Source: Clostridia bacterium
GTDB lineage: Bacteria; Bacillota; Clostridia; Oscillospirales; CAG-272
Length of the DNA: 64,000 nt
Direction: 5' to 3'
Assembly (NCBI GenBank): GCA_017456005.1
Contig: JAFTLJ010000028.1
Span: forward strand, 5,774-69,773
Shown here: piece after piece, positions 44,460 to 53,540 of the stretch
How the letters are laid out: each line of letters begins with the position of its first letter
How positions within the stretch are numbered: position 1 is the first letter of the stretch
Notes under the pieces: generated by a model
What the model was told of the DNA's origin: nothing
What the model saw: the letters and a program-made list of their open reading frames with translations, nothing else
Database searches by the model: none
Translations under genes and position numbers: made by a program

Positions 44460-45836
44460 ATGATACATCAGTATAAGCTCGGCGGATATAACGTGGTGCT
44501 CGATATATGCTCCGGCTCCGTACACGTTGTAGACGAAGTTGCCTACGATATAATCGCGCTCTTCGAAGAACACACGCGCGAGGAAATTATAAAGACCGTC
44601 GGGGAAAAATACATAAACGGCGCGGATATTACCGCGGCGGATATAGAAGAATGCTATGCGCAGGTAGCGGCTCTGCGCGATGCGGGCAAGCTCTTTTCGC
44701 CCGACACGTTCGAGCCTATGGCAGGCAAGCTCAAGGAAAAGACAGCGGGCGTGGTAAAGGCGCTCTGCCTGCACATAGCGCACACATGCAACCTTAACTG
44801 CTCCTACTGCTTTGCAAGCCAGGGCAAATACCACGGCGACAGAGCTGTGATGAGCTTCGAGGTGGGCAAACGTGCGCTCGATTTCCTCGTGGAAAACTCG
44901 GGCACACGCCACAACCTGGAGGTTGACTTCTTCGGCGGCGAACCGCTTATGAACTTCGACGTGGTAAAACAGCTTGTGGCATACGCCAGAAGCATAGAAA
45001 AAGAGCATAACAAAAACTTTCGCTTCACTCTCACCACAAACGGCGTGCTTATAGACGACGACGTTATAGATTTTGCAAACCGCGAAATGAGCAACGTGGT
45101 GCTCAGCCTCGACGGCAGAAAAGAAATACACGACCGCTTCAGAGTGGACTATGCGGGCAAGGGCAGCTTCGACAAGATCGTGCCCAAGTTCCAGAAGCTT
45201 GTGGAAGCGCGCGGCGGCAAAAACTACTATATGCGCGGTACTTTCACGCATGCAAACCCCGATTTTCTCGAGGATATCAAAACGATGCTGGATCTCGGCT
45301 TTACAGAGCTCAGCATGGAGCCCGTGGTTTGCGCCCCCGGCGACCCTGCGGAGCTTACAGACGAGGATATGGAAATTGTAAAAGACCAATACGAAAAGCT
45401 TGCAGAGCTTATGCTGGAGCGCCACCGCGAGGGCAGACCCTTCACGTTCTACCACTATATGATCGACCTTACGGGCGGCCCGTGCATCTATAAGCGCATT
45501 TCGGGCTGCGGTTCCGGCACGGAATATATGGCTGTTACCCCTTGGGGCGACCTTTACCCCTGCCACCAGTTCGTGGGCGATGAAAAATTCAAGCTCGGCA
45601 ATATTTACGAAGGCGTTACCAACACGGAAAAACAGGGTGAATTTGCCGCGTGCAACGTATACGCGCGCCCCGAATGCCGCGATTGCTGGGCAAGGCTCTA
45701 TTGCTCCGGCGGCTGTGCGGCGAACGCATACCATTCTACGGGCGCTGTAACAGGTGTTTACAAAAAAGGCTGCGAGCTCTTCAAAAAGCGTATGGAATGC
45801 GCAATAATGCTCGCTATTGCCAAGGAATTTGAATAA
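44460..45836 (+). CDS. SCIFF radical SAM/SPASM maturase (thioether-forming)
   Basis: CNLNCSYC radical-SAM motif and C-terminal SPASM Cys clusters (CGSG...PCHQF, CRDCWARLYCSGGCAAN). It lies directly downstream of SCIFF. Confidence 0.9.
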   Translation: MIHQYKLGGYNVVLDICSGSVHVVDEVAYDIIALFEEHTREEIIKTVGEKYINGADITAADIEECYAQVAALRDAGKLFSPDTFEPMAGKLKEKTAGVVKALCLHIAHTCNLNCSYCFASQGKYHGDRAVMSFEVGKRALDFLVENSGTRHNLEVDFFGGEPLMNFDVVKQLVAYARSIEKEHNKNFRFTLTTNGVLIDDDVIDFANREMSNVVLSLDGRKEIHDRFRVDYAGKGSFDKIVPKFQKLVEARGGKNYYMRGTFTHANPDFLEDIKTMLDLGFTELSMEPVVCAPGDPAELTDEDMEIVKDQYEKLAELMLERHREGRPFTFYHYMIDLTGGPCIYKRISGCGSGTEYMAVTPWGDLYPCHQFVGDEKFKLGNIYEGVTNTEKQGEFAACNVYARPECRDCWARLYCSGGCAANAYHSTGAVTGVYKKGCELFKKRMECAIMLAIAKEFE

Positions 45837-45838
45837 GA

Positions 45839-47167
45839 ATGAACGCTCCCATATGTGAGTTTTTGGAAGATTACGTGCAAAAAGGCGCCACGCGCCTGCA
45901 TATGCCCGGGCACAAGGGCATGGGCAACGTAGAAAAATACGACCTTACGGAAATAGACGGTGCAGACAGCCTGTACGAGGCAAACGGAATTATTGCCGAG
46001 AGCGAAAAAAACGCGGGCGAGCTTTTCGGCGCGCACACGTTCTATTCCGCAGAGGGGTCTTCGCTCGCCATTCGCGCTATGCTGTACCTTGCCACGCTGT
46101 ATGCTGCAAGCCGCGGCGAAAAAGCGCGCGTTTTGGCAGGGCGCAACGCCCACAAAACCTTTGTCGGCGCTGTGGCGCTTCTCGGCACGGAGGTGGAATG
46201 GCTCACTGGCGGCGGCTCGTACCTTTCCTGCCGTATTACGGCAGAAACCGTGCGCGAGCATTTTGCGCGTGCGAAGCGTTTGCCAACGGCGCTTTACCTA
46301 ACCTCGCCCGATTACCTCGGCAATATGGCGGACATCGGCGGTATAGCCGAGGTTTGCCGCGAAAACGGCGTGCTCTTGCTCGTGGACAACGCCCACGGCG
46401 CATACCTTAAGTTTTTGCCCGAGCCTATGCACCCCATAGACCTCGGCGCGCATATGTGCTGCGATTCCGCGCACAAAACACTGCATGCGCTAACGGGCTG
46501 TGCATATCTGCACATATCAAAGGCTGCCCCCGATATACTGCGCGAAAACGCAAAAAACGCGCTCGCGCTTTTCGGCTCCACAAGCCCCTCCTACCTTTTG
46601 CTCGCCTCGCTCGATGCGGCAAACAAATACCTCGCGGGCGGCTACCGCGAAAAGCTTGCCGATTTTGCAGGGCGGCTGGAGCTTATGAAAAAAGAGCTTC
46701 GCGCCCACGGCTACGCTTTTTCGGGAAATGAACCGCTGAAGCTTACGTTTAACACAAAATCATACGGCTACCTCGGCGCGGAAATGGCGGAATATTTGTC
46801 GGCGAACGGCTTCGTGCCCGAATTTTATGACCCCGATTTTCTCGTGCTTATGTTCACGCCCGAAATAAGCGAGGCAGAGATGGCAAGGCTTGGCGAGGTG
46901 CTGCTCGCTATGCCGAAGCGTGCGGAAATTTTGGCTTTTCCGCCGCGTATGTCCCTGCCTGTGCGCGCTATGTCCCCGCGCGAAGCGGTGCTTTCCGCCT
47001 CTGAAAGATTGCCTGCGGAAGAGTGCGCGGGCAGAACGCTCGCCGCCGTAACGGTCGGGTGCCCACCCGCTGTACCCATAGTGGTCTCGGGCGAAATAAT
47101 AGACGAAACAGCCGTAAAATGCTTTAAATACTATGGTATTGAGCAGTGCAACGTGGTAAAAGAATAA
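45839..47167 (+). CDS. PLP-dependent Orn/Lys/Arg decarboxylase-family protein
   Basis: LHMPGHKG N-terminal motif and the CDSAHKTL lysine-PLP motif. It starts 2 nt after the maturase stop. Confidence 0.75.
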   Translation: MNAPICEFLEDYVQKGATRLHMPGHKGMGNVEKYDLTEIDGADSLYEANGIIAESEKNAGELFGAHTFYSAEGSSLAIRAMLYLATLYAASRGEKARVLAGRNAHKTFVGAVALLGTEVEWLTGGGSYLSCRITAETVREHFARAKRLPTALYLTSPDYLGNMADIGGIAEVCRENGVLLLVDNAHGAYLKFLPEPMHPIDLGAHMCCDSAHKTLHALTGCAYLHISKAAPDILRENAKNALALFGSTSPSYLLLASLDAANKYLAGGYREKLADFAGRLELMKKELRAHGYAFSGNEPLKLTFNTKSYGYLGAEMAEYLSANGFVPEFYDPDFLVLMFTPEISEAEMARLGEVLLAMPKRAEILAFPPRMSLPVRAMSPREAVLSASERLPAEECAGRTLAAVTVGCPPAVPIVVSGEIIDETAVKCFKYYGIEQCNVVKE

Positions 47168-47173
47168 ATAAAG

Positions 47174-47206
47174 AACAGTGTTGTAAAAATACAACACTGT
47201 TTTTTT
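47174..47206. terminator. Bidirectional terminator between convergent genes
   Basis: AACAGTGTTGTA-AAAA-TACAACACTGTT flanked by A and T runs. Confidence 0.8.
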
Positions 47207-47209
47207 CTT

Positions 47210-48568
47210 TTATCTGTTTGCCATAGGCTCGTACGCTGTGTCTTCCTTTACGCTTACGTAGGCGGGGCGGATGATTTTGCCTGCGTTCTGAATTTCTTCT
47301 ATGCGGTGTGCGCTCCAGCCCGCTATGCGAGCTATGGCGAAGATAGGTGTGAAAAGCTCGTATGGCAAGCCGAGCATTTTGTATACCATACCCGAATAGA
47401 AATCCACGTTTGCGCTTACGCCCTTGTAGATCTTGCGCTTTTCCGCGATTATCTGCGGCGCCAGCTTTTCTACCGTTTCGTAAAGCTCAAATTCCTCTTC
47501 CATGCCCTTTTCTACGGAAAGCGCCTTTGCAAAGGAGCGCAGTATATCCGCACGCGGGTCGGAAACAGAGTAGACCGCGTGCCCCATGCCGTATATAAGC
47601 CCCGTGCGGTCAAAGGCTTCTCTATCCAGCAGTTTTGCGAGGTATTCGGCTATTTCTTCTTTATTGCGCGTATCTATGCTCGCCTTCATATCGTCGAACA
47701 TCTGCATGACCTTTATGTTGGCTCCGCCATGGCGAGGGCCTTTGAGCGAACCGAGCGAGGCAGAAACTGCAGAGTACGTGTCTGTGCCCGAGGAGGTCAC
47801 CACATGCATGGCGAAGGAGGAGTTGTTGCCGCCGCCGTGCTCTGCGTGCAGGACTAGCGCGAGGTCCAGAAGCTTTGCTTCCAGCGGCGTGTATTCGCCG
47901 TCTTCGCGCAAGATATAGAGCAGATTTTCCGCTGTGGAAAGCCCGGGCTTGGGGTAATGTATAAAAAGGCTCTGCCCGTTGTGGTAGTGCTGGTAGGATT
48001 GGTAACCGTACACGGCGAGCAAGGGGAACTGCGCTATTAGCGCTATGCATTGGCGCAGGACGTTGGCTGTGGAAATATCGTCCGGGTTTTCATCGTAGGC
48101 GTAGAGCGCGAGCACGCTGCGTGAAAGTATGTTCATCATATCCTTGCCGGGGGCTTTGAGTATCATATCGCGCACAAAGGAGGGGGGAAGTGTGCGGTAT
48201 TTTTCCAGCAGGGCGCAAAAATCTTCAAGCTCTTTTTTGTTTGGCAGCTTTGAAAAGAGCAAAAGGTACACGGTTTCTTCAAATCCTTGGCGGTTATCGG
48301 CTACGAAGCCTCGCACAAGGTCGCGTACGTTTATGCCGCGGTAGTATAGCCTGCCGTCGCAGGGGCGTGTGAGCCCTTCTTCGTTTTTCTCTTTTGAAAT
48401 TATCGTGGAAATTTCCGTAAGCCCTGCCACAACGCCTGTGCCGTCTATATCGCGCAAGCCGCGTTTTACATTGTTTTCTGCGTACATTTGCGGTACTATC
48501 TTATTGTTCATATCGGAAAGGTTGGCAAGCTTTTGTATGTAGGGGGTTATCTCCGAGTAATTTGTCAT
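47210..48568 (-). CDS. Citrate synthase
   Basis: 452 aa with HAEHGGGNNSSF, GPRHGGAN and GHAVY motifs of the citrate-synthase family. Confidence 0.85.
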   Translation of the reverse strand: MTNYSEITPYIQKLANLSDMNNKIVPQMYAENNVKRGLRDIDGTGVVAGLTEISTIISKEKNEEGLTRPCDGRLYYRGINVRDLVRGFVADNRQGFEETVYLLLFSKLPNKKELEDFCALLEKYRTLPPSFVRDMILKAPGKDMMNILSRSVLALYAYDENPDDISTANVLRQCIALIAQFPLLAVYGYQSYQHYHNGQSLFIHYPKPGLSTAENLLYILREDGEYTPLEAKLLDLALVLHAEHGGGNNSSFAMHVVTSSGTDTYSAVSASLGSLKGPRHGGANIKVMQMFDDMKASIDTRNKEEIAEYLAKLLDREAFDRTGLIYGMGHAVYSVSDPRADILRSFAKALSVEKGMEEEFELYETVEKLAPQIIAEKRKIYKGVSANVDFYSGMVYKMLGLPYELFTPIFAIARIAGWSAHRIEEIQNAGKIIRPAYVSVKEDTAYEPMANR

Positions 48569-48764
48569 CTTTCTTCTTTTTCCTTCCTTATTGGGGTATT
48601 TTTGCTTTTATATTATTATTTTACCATATTTAGAGTTAAATTGCAGTAAATAAACTTTAAAAATTTTGTAAATTTATTGTCGAAAAGCAGACATACTTGG
48701 GGAAGGAAAGAAGACTTCCCGAACGGGAAGTCTTCTTTTGGAGATTTTTCTATTATGAAGTGTT

Positions 48765-50366
48765 TTAGCTCTTTTTGTCAATAGTGATGTAAGCGGGAGG
48801 AGTTAAGTTTTCGTCTAACTCGAAAGCACCGTTTTCTGCATACCAATAAACAAACCAATTCAAATGTGCATTATAATCTTTTTGAATTATCACATCGTGC
48901 TTTTCGCTGTATTGTGTCAAGAAATCTTCTTCTATAAAGACTTCTATAACGACAATATCATCTGTATCTACAGGATTAAGATATAGCGCAAGCATATTTT
49001 TATATTTGGGGTTTTCTTTTGCATATGTTTCAAAAAATGCTTTCAAAGAGTGGTCCCAATTATATCCTTCGGGAGCTCCGAATTTTTCACCGTCAATTTT
49101 AGTATATTGTGCTAATTGAATACTTAGGTGCTTTACATTATAATTGCCTTTTTGGTCTTCTGTAAAATCATAGAAAAGCTTTGCACCGTTGTGATTGGCG
49201 TAGGCAAGCTTGCCAGAAACTTCAAAAGCTTTTCCGTTTACTGCGCCCGTAACGTTGATTATATCAGAGTCCAAAGAATATTCGTATTCAACTGTAAAAT
49301 CGTTCTTAACAGTGTCTTTATCTTGCAGAGAAGACCAAACTTTATCCCAACTATCAAGATACGCCACTTTTACGTTGTTGGGGGGAAGAGTAAAGTAGAT
49401 TGCGGACGTGAGCATAGTTACAAGAAGCACGGAAAGCACAAGAATGGCTGTTATAACCTTGCTTTTTGTGTTCAGTATATTTTGAAGTCGTCTTTTCATA
49501 GCTTTTTTTCCTCCTTTGAAAGAAGTTAAGAATATTTTGTTTCGGCTTTTTCGCGCGGCAATAGAGATAAGCAAGCGGCAATATTGCATTTTGCTTTCGT
49601 CGCTGCTACCGCGAAGGAATTTTTCGTCGCAGGCTTCTTCGCAAATTTCGTTCATCGTGCGTATAAACAGGTGTATTATCGGGTTGAACCAATAAAATGC
49701 ACCGAGCAGGGCAAGAAGCGCTTTGAAAAGCGAATCTTTATGCTTACAGTGCGTAAGCTCGTGCCCCAAAATGAGGGTAAAATATTCCTCGCTTAAATTA
49801 TCCGCAATAAGAACGGTTTGCTTTGTAAACCCGAACATAAGTGAAGAGCCTATGGCATTTTGCGGGCATACCAGCAGTTTTGGCGCGCGGGCGAGCTTTT
49901 GTTTTTCGCAAAGCTGCAAAAATATGGCGTTTTCGCGTTCGCTTGGGGCGCTGCCGCACCGTATCAACCTTTTTGTTGCTCTGCAGTAGCACCAAAAGGT
50001 GTATAAAAGCGCGATAAGCACACCTGCGATATAGATAAACGCTAAAATTGCCGTTATATCGGGTGCGGGACATACCGTACCCGAGGGGGCTTCGCTCGGC
50101 AAATTTGGCAAAACCGGTGTTTCTATGCCCGCCCCCGTGCCTGCAGGCGGAGGTACTGCGGCGGTGTTTGCCTTGCCGGGCATATCCGCTTCTATAGTAA
50201 AGCGCCAAAAGGGCAGCTTTACAGGCAGCAAAAACAGCACCGCCAAAACCCAGCCTGCGCATAGGCGCACGCGCGCAGAGGTGCGTTTGCCCAAGGCAAG
50301 GTTTGCAAACATGAAGAGAAGTGCGCAAGCGCTCGCGAAAGCGAGCTGGGATATAGCTGTTGCCAT
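48765..50366 (-). CDS. M56 (BlaR1/MecR1-like) membrane metalloprotease with an unrecognised C-terminal extracellular domain
   Basis: HELTHCKHKD zinc motif in a multi-TM N-terminal half. Start set to ATG 50366, 4 nt after the blaI-like stop. The C-terminal ~230 aa are A+T-rich at the DNA level and have no penicillin-binding motifs. Confidence 0.8.
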   Translation of the reverse strand: MATAISQLAFASACALLFMFANLALGKRTSARVRLCAGWVLAVLFLLPVKLPFWRFTIEADMPGKANTAAVPPPAGTGAGIETPVLPNLPSEAPSGTVCPAPDITAILAFIYIAGVLIALLYTFWCYCRATKRLIRCGSAPSERENAIFLQLCEKQKLARAPKLLVCPQNAIGSSLMFGFTKQTVLIADNLSEEYFTLILGHELTHCKHKDSLFKALLALLGAFYWFNPIIHLFIRTMNEICEEACDEKFLRGSSDESKMQYCRLLISIAARKSRNKIFLTSFKGGKKAMKRRLQNILNTKSKVITAILVLSVLLVTMLTSAIYFTLPPNNVKVAYLDSWDKVWSSLQDKDTVKNDFTVEYEYSLDSDIINVTGAVNGKAFEVSGKLAYANHNGAKLFYDFTEDQKGNYNVKHLSIQLAQYTKIDGEKFGAPEGYNWDHSLKAFFETYAKENPKYKNMLALYLNPVDTDDIVVIEVFIEEDFLTQYSEKHDVIIQKDYNAHLNWFVYWYAENGAFELDENLTPPAYITIDKKS

Positions 50367-50370
50367 CGCC

Positions 50371-50757
50371 TTAACCTTTCTTTCCTTTTTCTCCTGCGAG
50401 CCAAGCCGAAAGCTCGCGAGCGTCTTCTTCGGAAAGAGAGTTGCCATCGCAAAATGCGCTGATAAGTGTGGAAAAAGAGCCGCCGTAGATTTTTTCTACT
50501 ATTCTTTTGGCTTCAAAAGCGCGGTATTCGTCTTTGCCGACTTCCGCTTTCCACAGCCTTTCCTTGCCGTTTTTTTCGGAGGAAAGGAAACCCTTATCTG
50601 CCAGGCGCGTGAGCATTGTTAGAACCGTTTGCGCTTTCTTTTCCGTTTTCATTTGTGCCAAAACATCTGTGGTGGGGGCAAGCTCTTTGCCGCAGCTCCA
50701 CACAGCGTCCATAACCTCAAATTCCGCATCGGGAAGGCTTACAAGTTCTTTTTTCAT
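50371..50757 (-). CDS. BlaI/MecI/CopY-family transcriptional repressor
   Basis: 128 aa with ..LPDAEFEVMDAVW.........QTVLTMLTRLADKGFL....G....Y, a winged-helix penicillinase-repressor pattern. Confidence 0.85.
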   Translation of the reverse strand: MKKELVSLPDAEFEVMDAVWSCGKELAPTTDVLAQMKTEKKAQTVLTMLTRLADKGFLSSEKNGKERLWKAEVGKDEYRAFEAKRIVEKIYGGSFSTLISAFCDGNSLSEEDARELSAWLAGEKGKKG

Positions 50758-50802
50758 AATTCATCACTCCTGTTTTATTTTGAATTTTACTCTTCAATTA
50801 TA

Positions 50803-50850
50803 TTCTACACTTGTCGTTTATAAAAGTCAAGAGTATTTTCTACATTTGTC
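50803..50850 (-). promoter_or_regulatory. Two direct copies of a TACA-N2/3-TGT dyad (putative BlaI-type operators)
   Basis: TTCTACACTTGTC (50803-15) and TTCTACATTTGTC (50838-50), 46-93 nt upstream of the repressor start. Confidence 0.5.
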
Positions 50851-50962
50851 TAAAATTATTTTTTGCAAATTCGCCGCGGCACTTTGCGCACGGCACACGT
50901 GCGGCGCGTGCGGCTTTCTGATGTTAAAATGCGAAAAATTTATATTTTTTTAATAAAAAATA

Positions 50963-50991
50963 TTGACACGGTATTTTTATAAGTGTATAAT
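50963..50991 (+). promoter_or_regulatory. Consensus sigma-A promoter TTGACA-17-TATAAT of the aromatic cluster
   Basis: TTGACA at 50963-68, an exact 17-nt spacer, TATAAT at 50986-91. Confidence 0.7.
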
Positions 50992-51038
50992 TAAACAAAA
51001 AAGCGGATGAAAGCCGCATACGAAAGGAAAAAACAGCT

Positions 51039-51110
51039 ATGAACACAATGTTTTATTATGCTATGCGATTTTATTACTACGCTGTATCTTTCGTAGGGCA
51101 GGCTGTATAA
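51039..51110 (+). CDS. Putative Phe/Tyr-rich leader peptide (23 aa)
   Basis: My translation is MNTMFYYAMRFYYYAVSFVGQAV* (5 Tyr and 3 Phe). AAGGA lies 10 nt upstream. It sits between the promoter and a terminator, upstream of the aromatic cluster. Confidence 0.45.
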   Translation: MNTMFYYAMRFYYYAVSFVGQAV

Positions 51111-51139
51111 CGCATAGTTTCTATCTTGGTGTGAAAATT

Positions 51140-51182
51140 GTGCCGCAGAATGCCTATGGTTTTTTTGCGGCACCTGTTTTTT
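51140..51182 (+). terminator. Leader terminator upstream of the aromatic cluster
   Basis: Stem GTGCCGCAGAA / TTTTTGCGGCAC with a 12-nt loop, then CTG and TTTTTT. A second weaker hairpin plus T-runs follows at 51186-51230. Confidence 0.6.
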
Positions 51183-51250
51183 ATTCGCAGGCGCTTGTGT
51201 AAAAAGGCGTTCTGCGTTTTTTGTTTTTTTATGAATTCAGGAGTATGGTT

Positions 51251-52441
51251 ATGATTTCGGAGAAGATGCTTGCGCTGGGCAAAAAGAGCTCGGCTATACG
51301 CGAAATATTTGAATACGGCAAAAAGAGAAAGGCGGAAATAGGCGAGGAAAACGTTTTCGATTTCAGCCTTGGCAACCCCAGCGTTTGCCCGCCGCCCGTT
51401 GTGAACGAAACTATAAAAAAGCTGGTGGAGGAAGAAAACCCCGTGCTTTTGCACGGATACACCTCCGCCCCGGGCGATATGGAAACAAGAAAAGCCATAG
51501 CGGAATATCTTTCTGCCACTTACGGCACGGACGACACGGCAGATAACATCTATATGACTGTGGGCGCGGCGGCTTCGCTCACCGTGACGCTGAATGCGAT
51601 CGTTTGCGAGGGCGACGAGGTAATAGTGCTTGCGCCGTACTTCCCGGAATACCGCGTTTTCGCGGAAAACGCGGGCGCAAAGCTTTGCGAGGTACCTTGC
51701 CGCGAGGGCGATTTCCAGGTGGATGTGGAAAAGCTGGCTCTTGCTGTGAACGATCACACGAAAGCGATTATAATAAACTCCCCCAACAACCCCACGGGTG
51801 TGGTTTTCTCGGAGGAAAGCGTAAAGGCGCTCGCCGCCCTGCTTTCCGCAAAGGAAAAGGAATATAACCATCCTATATATATAATATCGGACGAGCCGTA
51901 CCGCGAGCTTGTGTACGGCGGCGTTAAAGTGCCGTATACGGCGAATTATTACGATAACACCATTTCCTGCTATTCCTTCAGTAAATCGCTCTCTCTGCCC
52001 GGCGAGCGAATAGGATATATATGCGTTTCCAAACGGTGCGAGGATTGGAAGAACCTCTTTTTTGCCGTTTGCGGCGCGGGCAGGGCGCTCGGCTTTGTGT
52101 GCGCCCCCAGCCTTATGCAGAAGATAGTGCCTGCTTGCATTGGTAAAACGAGCGACACTTCCATTTACGATACGAACAGAAAGCTGCTCTACCGCGAGCT
52201 TACGGTGTGCGGCTATGAATGTGTTTCGCCCGACGGCGCTTTCTATATGTTTGTGAAAGCGTTTTGTGAGGACGCGGGCGAGTTTTGCGAGGCGGCGAAA
52301 AAGCACGAGCTTTTGCTCGTGCCCAGCGACAGCTTCGGTGTTACGGGCTATGTGCGCATTTCCTATTGCGTGACCACAGAGCAAATAGAGCGTGCGCTTC
52401 CCGCATTCCGTGCGCTCGCGAAAGACTACGGTAAGATTTGA
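51251..52441 (+). CDS. Class I/II PLP aminotransferase (aspartate/aromatic type)
   Basis: ..FDFSLGNP.., ..NSPNNPTG.., ..YSFSKSLSLPGERIGY.. motifs. Start set to ATG 51251 behind AGGAG. Confidence 0.85.
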   Translation: MISEKMLALGKKSSAIREIFEYGKKRKAEIGEENVFDFSLGNPSVCPPPVVNETIKKLVEEENPVLLHGYTSAPGDMETRKAIAEYLSATYGTDDTADNIYMTVGAAASLTVTLNAIVCEGDEVIVLAPYFPEYRVFAENAGAKLCEVPCREGDFQVDVEKLALAVNDHTKAIIINSPNNPTGVVFSEESVKALAALLSAKEKEYNHPIYIISDEPYRELVYGGVKVPYTANYYDNTISCYSFSKSLSLPGERIGYICVSKRCEDWKNLFFAVCGAGRALGFVCAPSLMQKIVPACIGKTSDTSIYDTNRKLLYRELTVCGYECVSPDGAFYMFVKAFCEDAGEFCEAAKKHELLLVPSDSFGVTGYVRISYCVTTEQIERALPAFRALAKDYGKI

Positions 52442-53538
52442 TGGTGGAGAAGACGATGGATAAACTTGAACAAGCGAGAATACTTATAAACGAGGCGGAC
52501 AAGGGTATAGCAGAGCTTTTCTGCAAAAGAATGGATGCCGCGCGCCTCGTAGCGGAATATAAAAAGGAGCGCGGCCTGCCGATACTCGACGAAGCACGCG
52601 AAAATGCGGTAATTGCAAAAAACAGCGCATTTGTGGAAGACGAGGAGCTGCGCGCATACTACGTTAACTTTATAAAATACACTATGGAGCTTTCGCGCAA
52701 TTTCCAGCACAAGCTTATAAGCGGCGCTAAAATTGCGTACAGCGGCATACCGGGGGCATTTGCCTCCTTGGCGGCGGCAAAGCTCTTTCCCGATGCAGAG
52801 CACGTTGCCTACGGCGATTTCGAGCAGGCGTATAACGCTTGCGTACGCGGCGAATGCGACAGCGTGGTTCTGCCTATAGAAAACAGCTACGCTGGCGAGG
52901 TAGGGCAGGTTATGGACCTTATCTTTTCCGGCACACTCTATATAAACGGCGTTATTGGCCTTGCCGTAACGCAGAACCTGCTCGGCATACCGGGCGCAAG
53001 GCTGGAAGATATAAAGCAAGCGGTAAGCCACCCACAGGCGCTGGAACAATCTGCCGTTTACCTGCGCAAGCATGGCATAACGCCCGTTTCGTATTCCAAC
53101 ACGGCGCTTGCGGCAAAGCATGTTGCGGAGATGGGAGATAAAAGCGTTGCCGCTATTGCCGGCGATGAAGCGGCGAAAATATACGGCCTTGAGGTGCTTG
53201 CGCACGGAATTAACGAAAGCAATATGAACACAACGCGCTTTGCCACGCTTTCCCGTGTGGAAAACAAGCGCACGGGCAGACCCGACGATAACTTCATGCT
53301 TCTTTTCACGGTTAAGCACGAAGCGGGCGCTTTGGCAGAAGCTATAAACATTATCGGTAAATACGGCTACAATATGCGCGGACTCCACTCCCGACCCATG
53401 CGCGAGCTTATGTGGCAGTACTACTTCTATATGGAAGCAGAGGGCGACGTGCGGAGTGAAAAGGGCGAAGCGATGCTTGCGGAGCTTGCGAAGGTTTGCG
53501 ACAAGCTCAAGCTCGCCGGCTCGTATGCGGTGAGATAA
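52441..53538 (+). CDS. pheA: Bifunctional chorismate mutase / prephenate dehydratase
   Basis: N-terminal CM_2-like helix bundle (LEQARILINEADKGIAELFCKRM), a PDT domain (AYSGIPGAFA...LPIENS.AG.V) and a C-terminal ACT domain. The ATG overlaps the upstream TGA. Confidence 0.85.
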   Translation: MVEKTMDKLEQARILINEADKGIAELFCKRMDAARLVAEYKKERGLPILDEARENAVIAKNSAFVEDEELRAYYVNFIKYTMELSRNFQHKLISGAKIAYSGIPGAFASLAAAKLFPDAEHVAYGDFEQAYNACVRGECDSVVLPIENSYAGEVGQVMDLIFSGTLYINGVIGLAVTQNLLGIPGARLEDIKQAVSHPQALEQSAVYLRKHGITPVSYSNTALAAKHVAEMGDKSVAAIAGDEAAKIYGLEVLAHGINESNMNTTRFATLSRVENKRTGRPDDNFMLLFTVKHEAGALAEAINIIGKYGYNMRGLHSRPMRELMWQYYFYMEAEGDVRSEKGEAMLAELAKVCDKLKLAGSYAVR

Positions 53539-53540
53539 GA

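Noticed and set aside
50998-51250. A T-box riboswitch as the leader of the aromatic cluster.
   Set aside because: I could not find the conserved T-box sequence (..GGGTGGTACCGCG..). The nearest segment, TCTTGGTGTGAAAATTGTGCCGCAG, does not fit. There is also no AGAGA/GA-motif stem I or obvious specifier loop, so the leader-peptide reading is preferred. A covariance-model scan was not possible.
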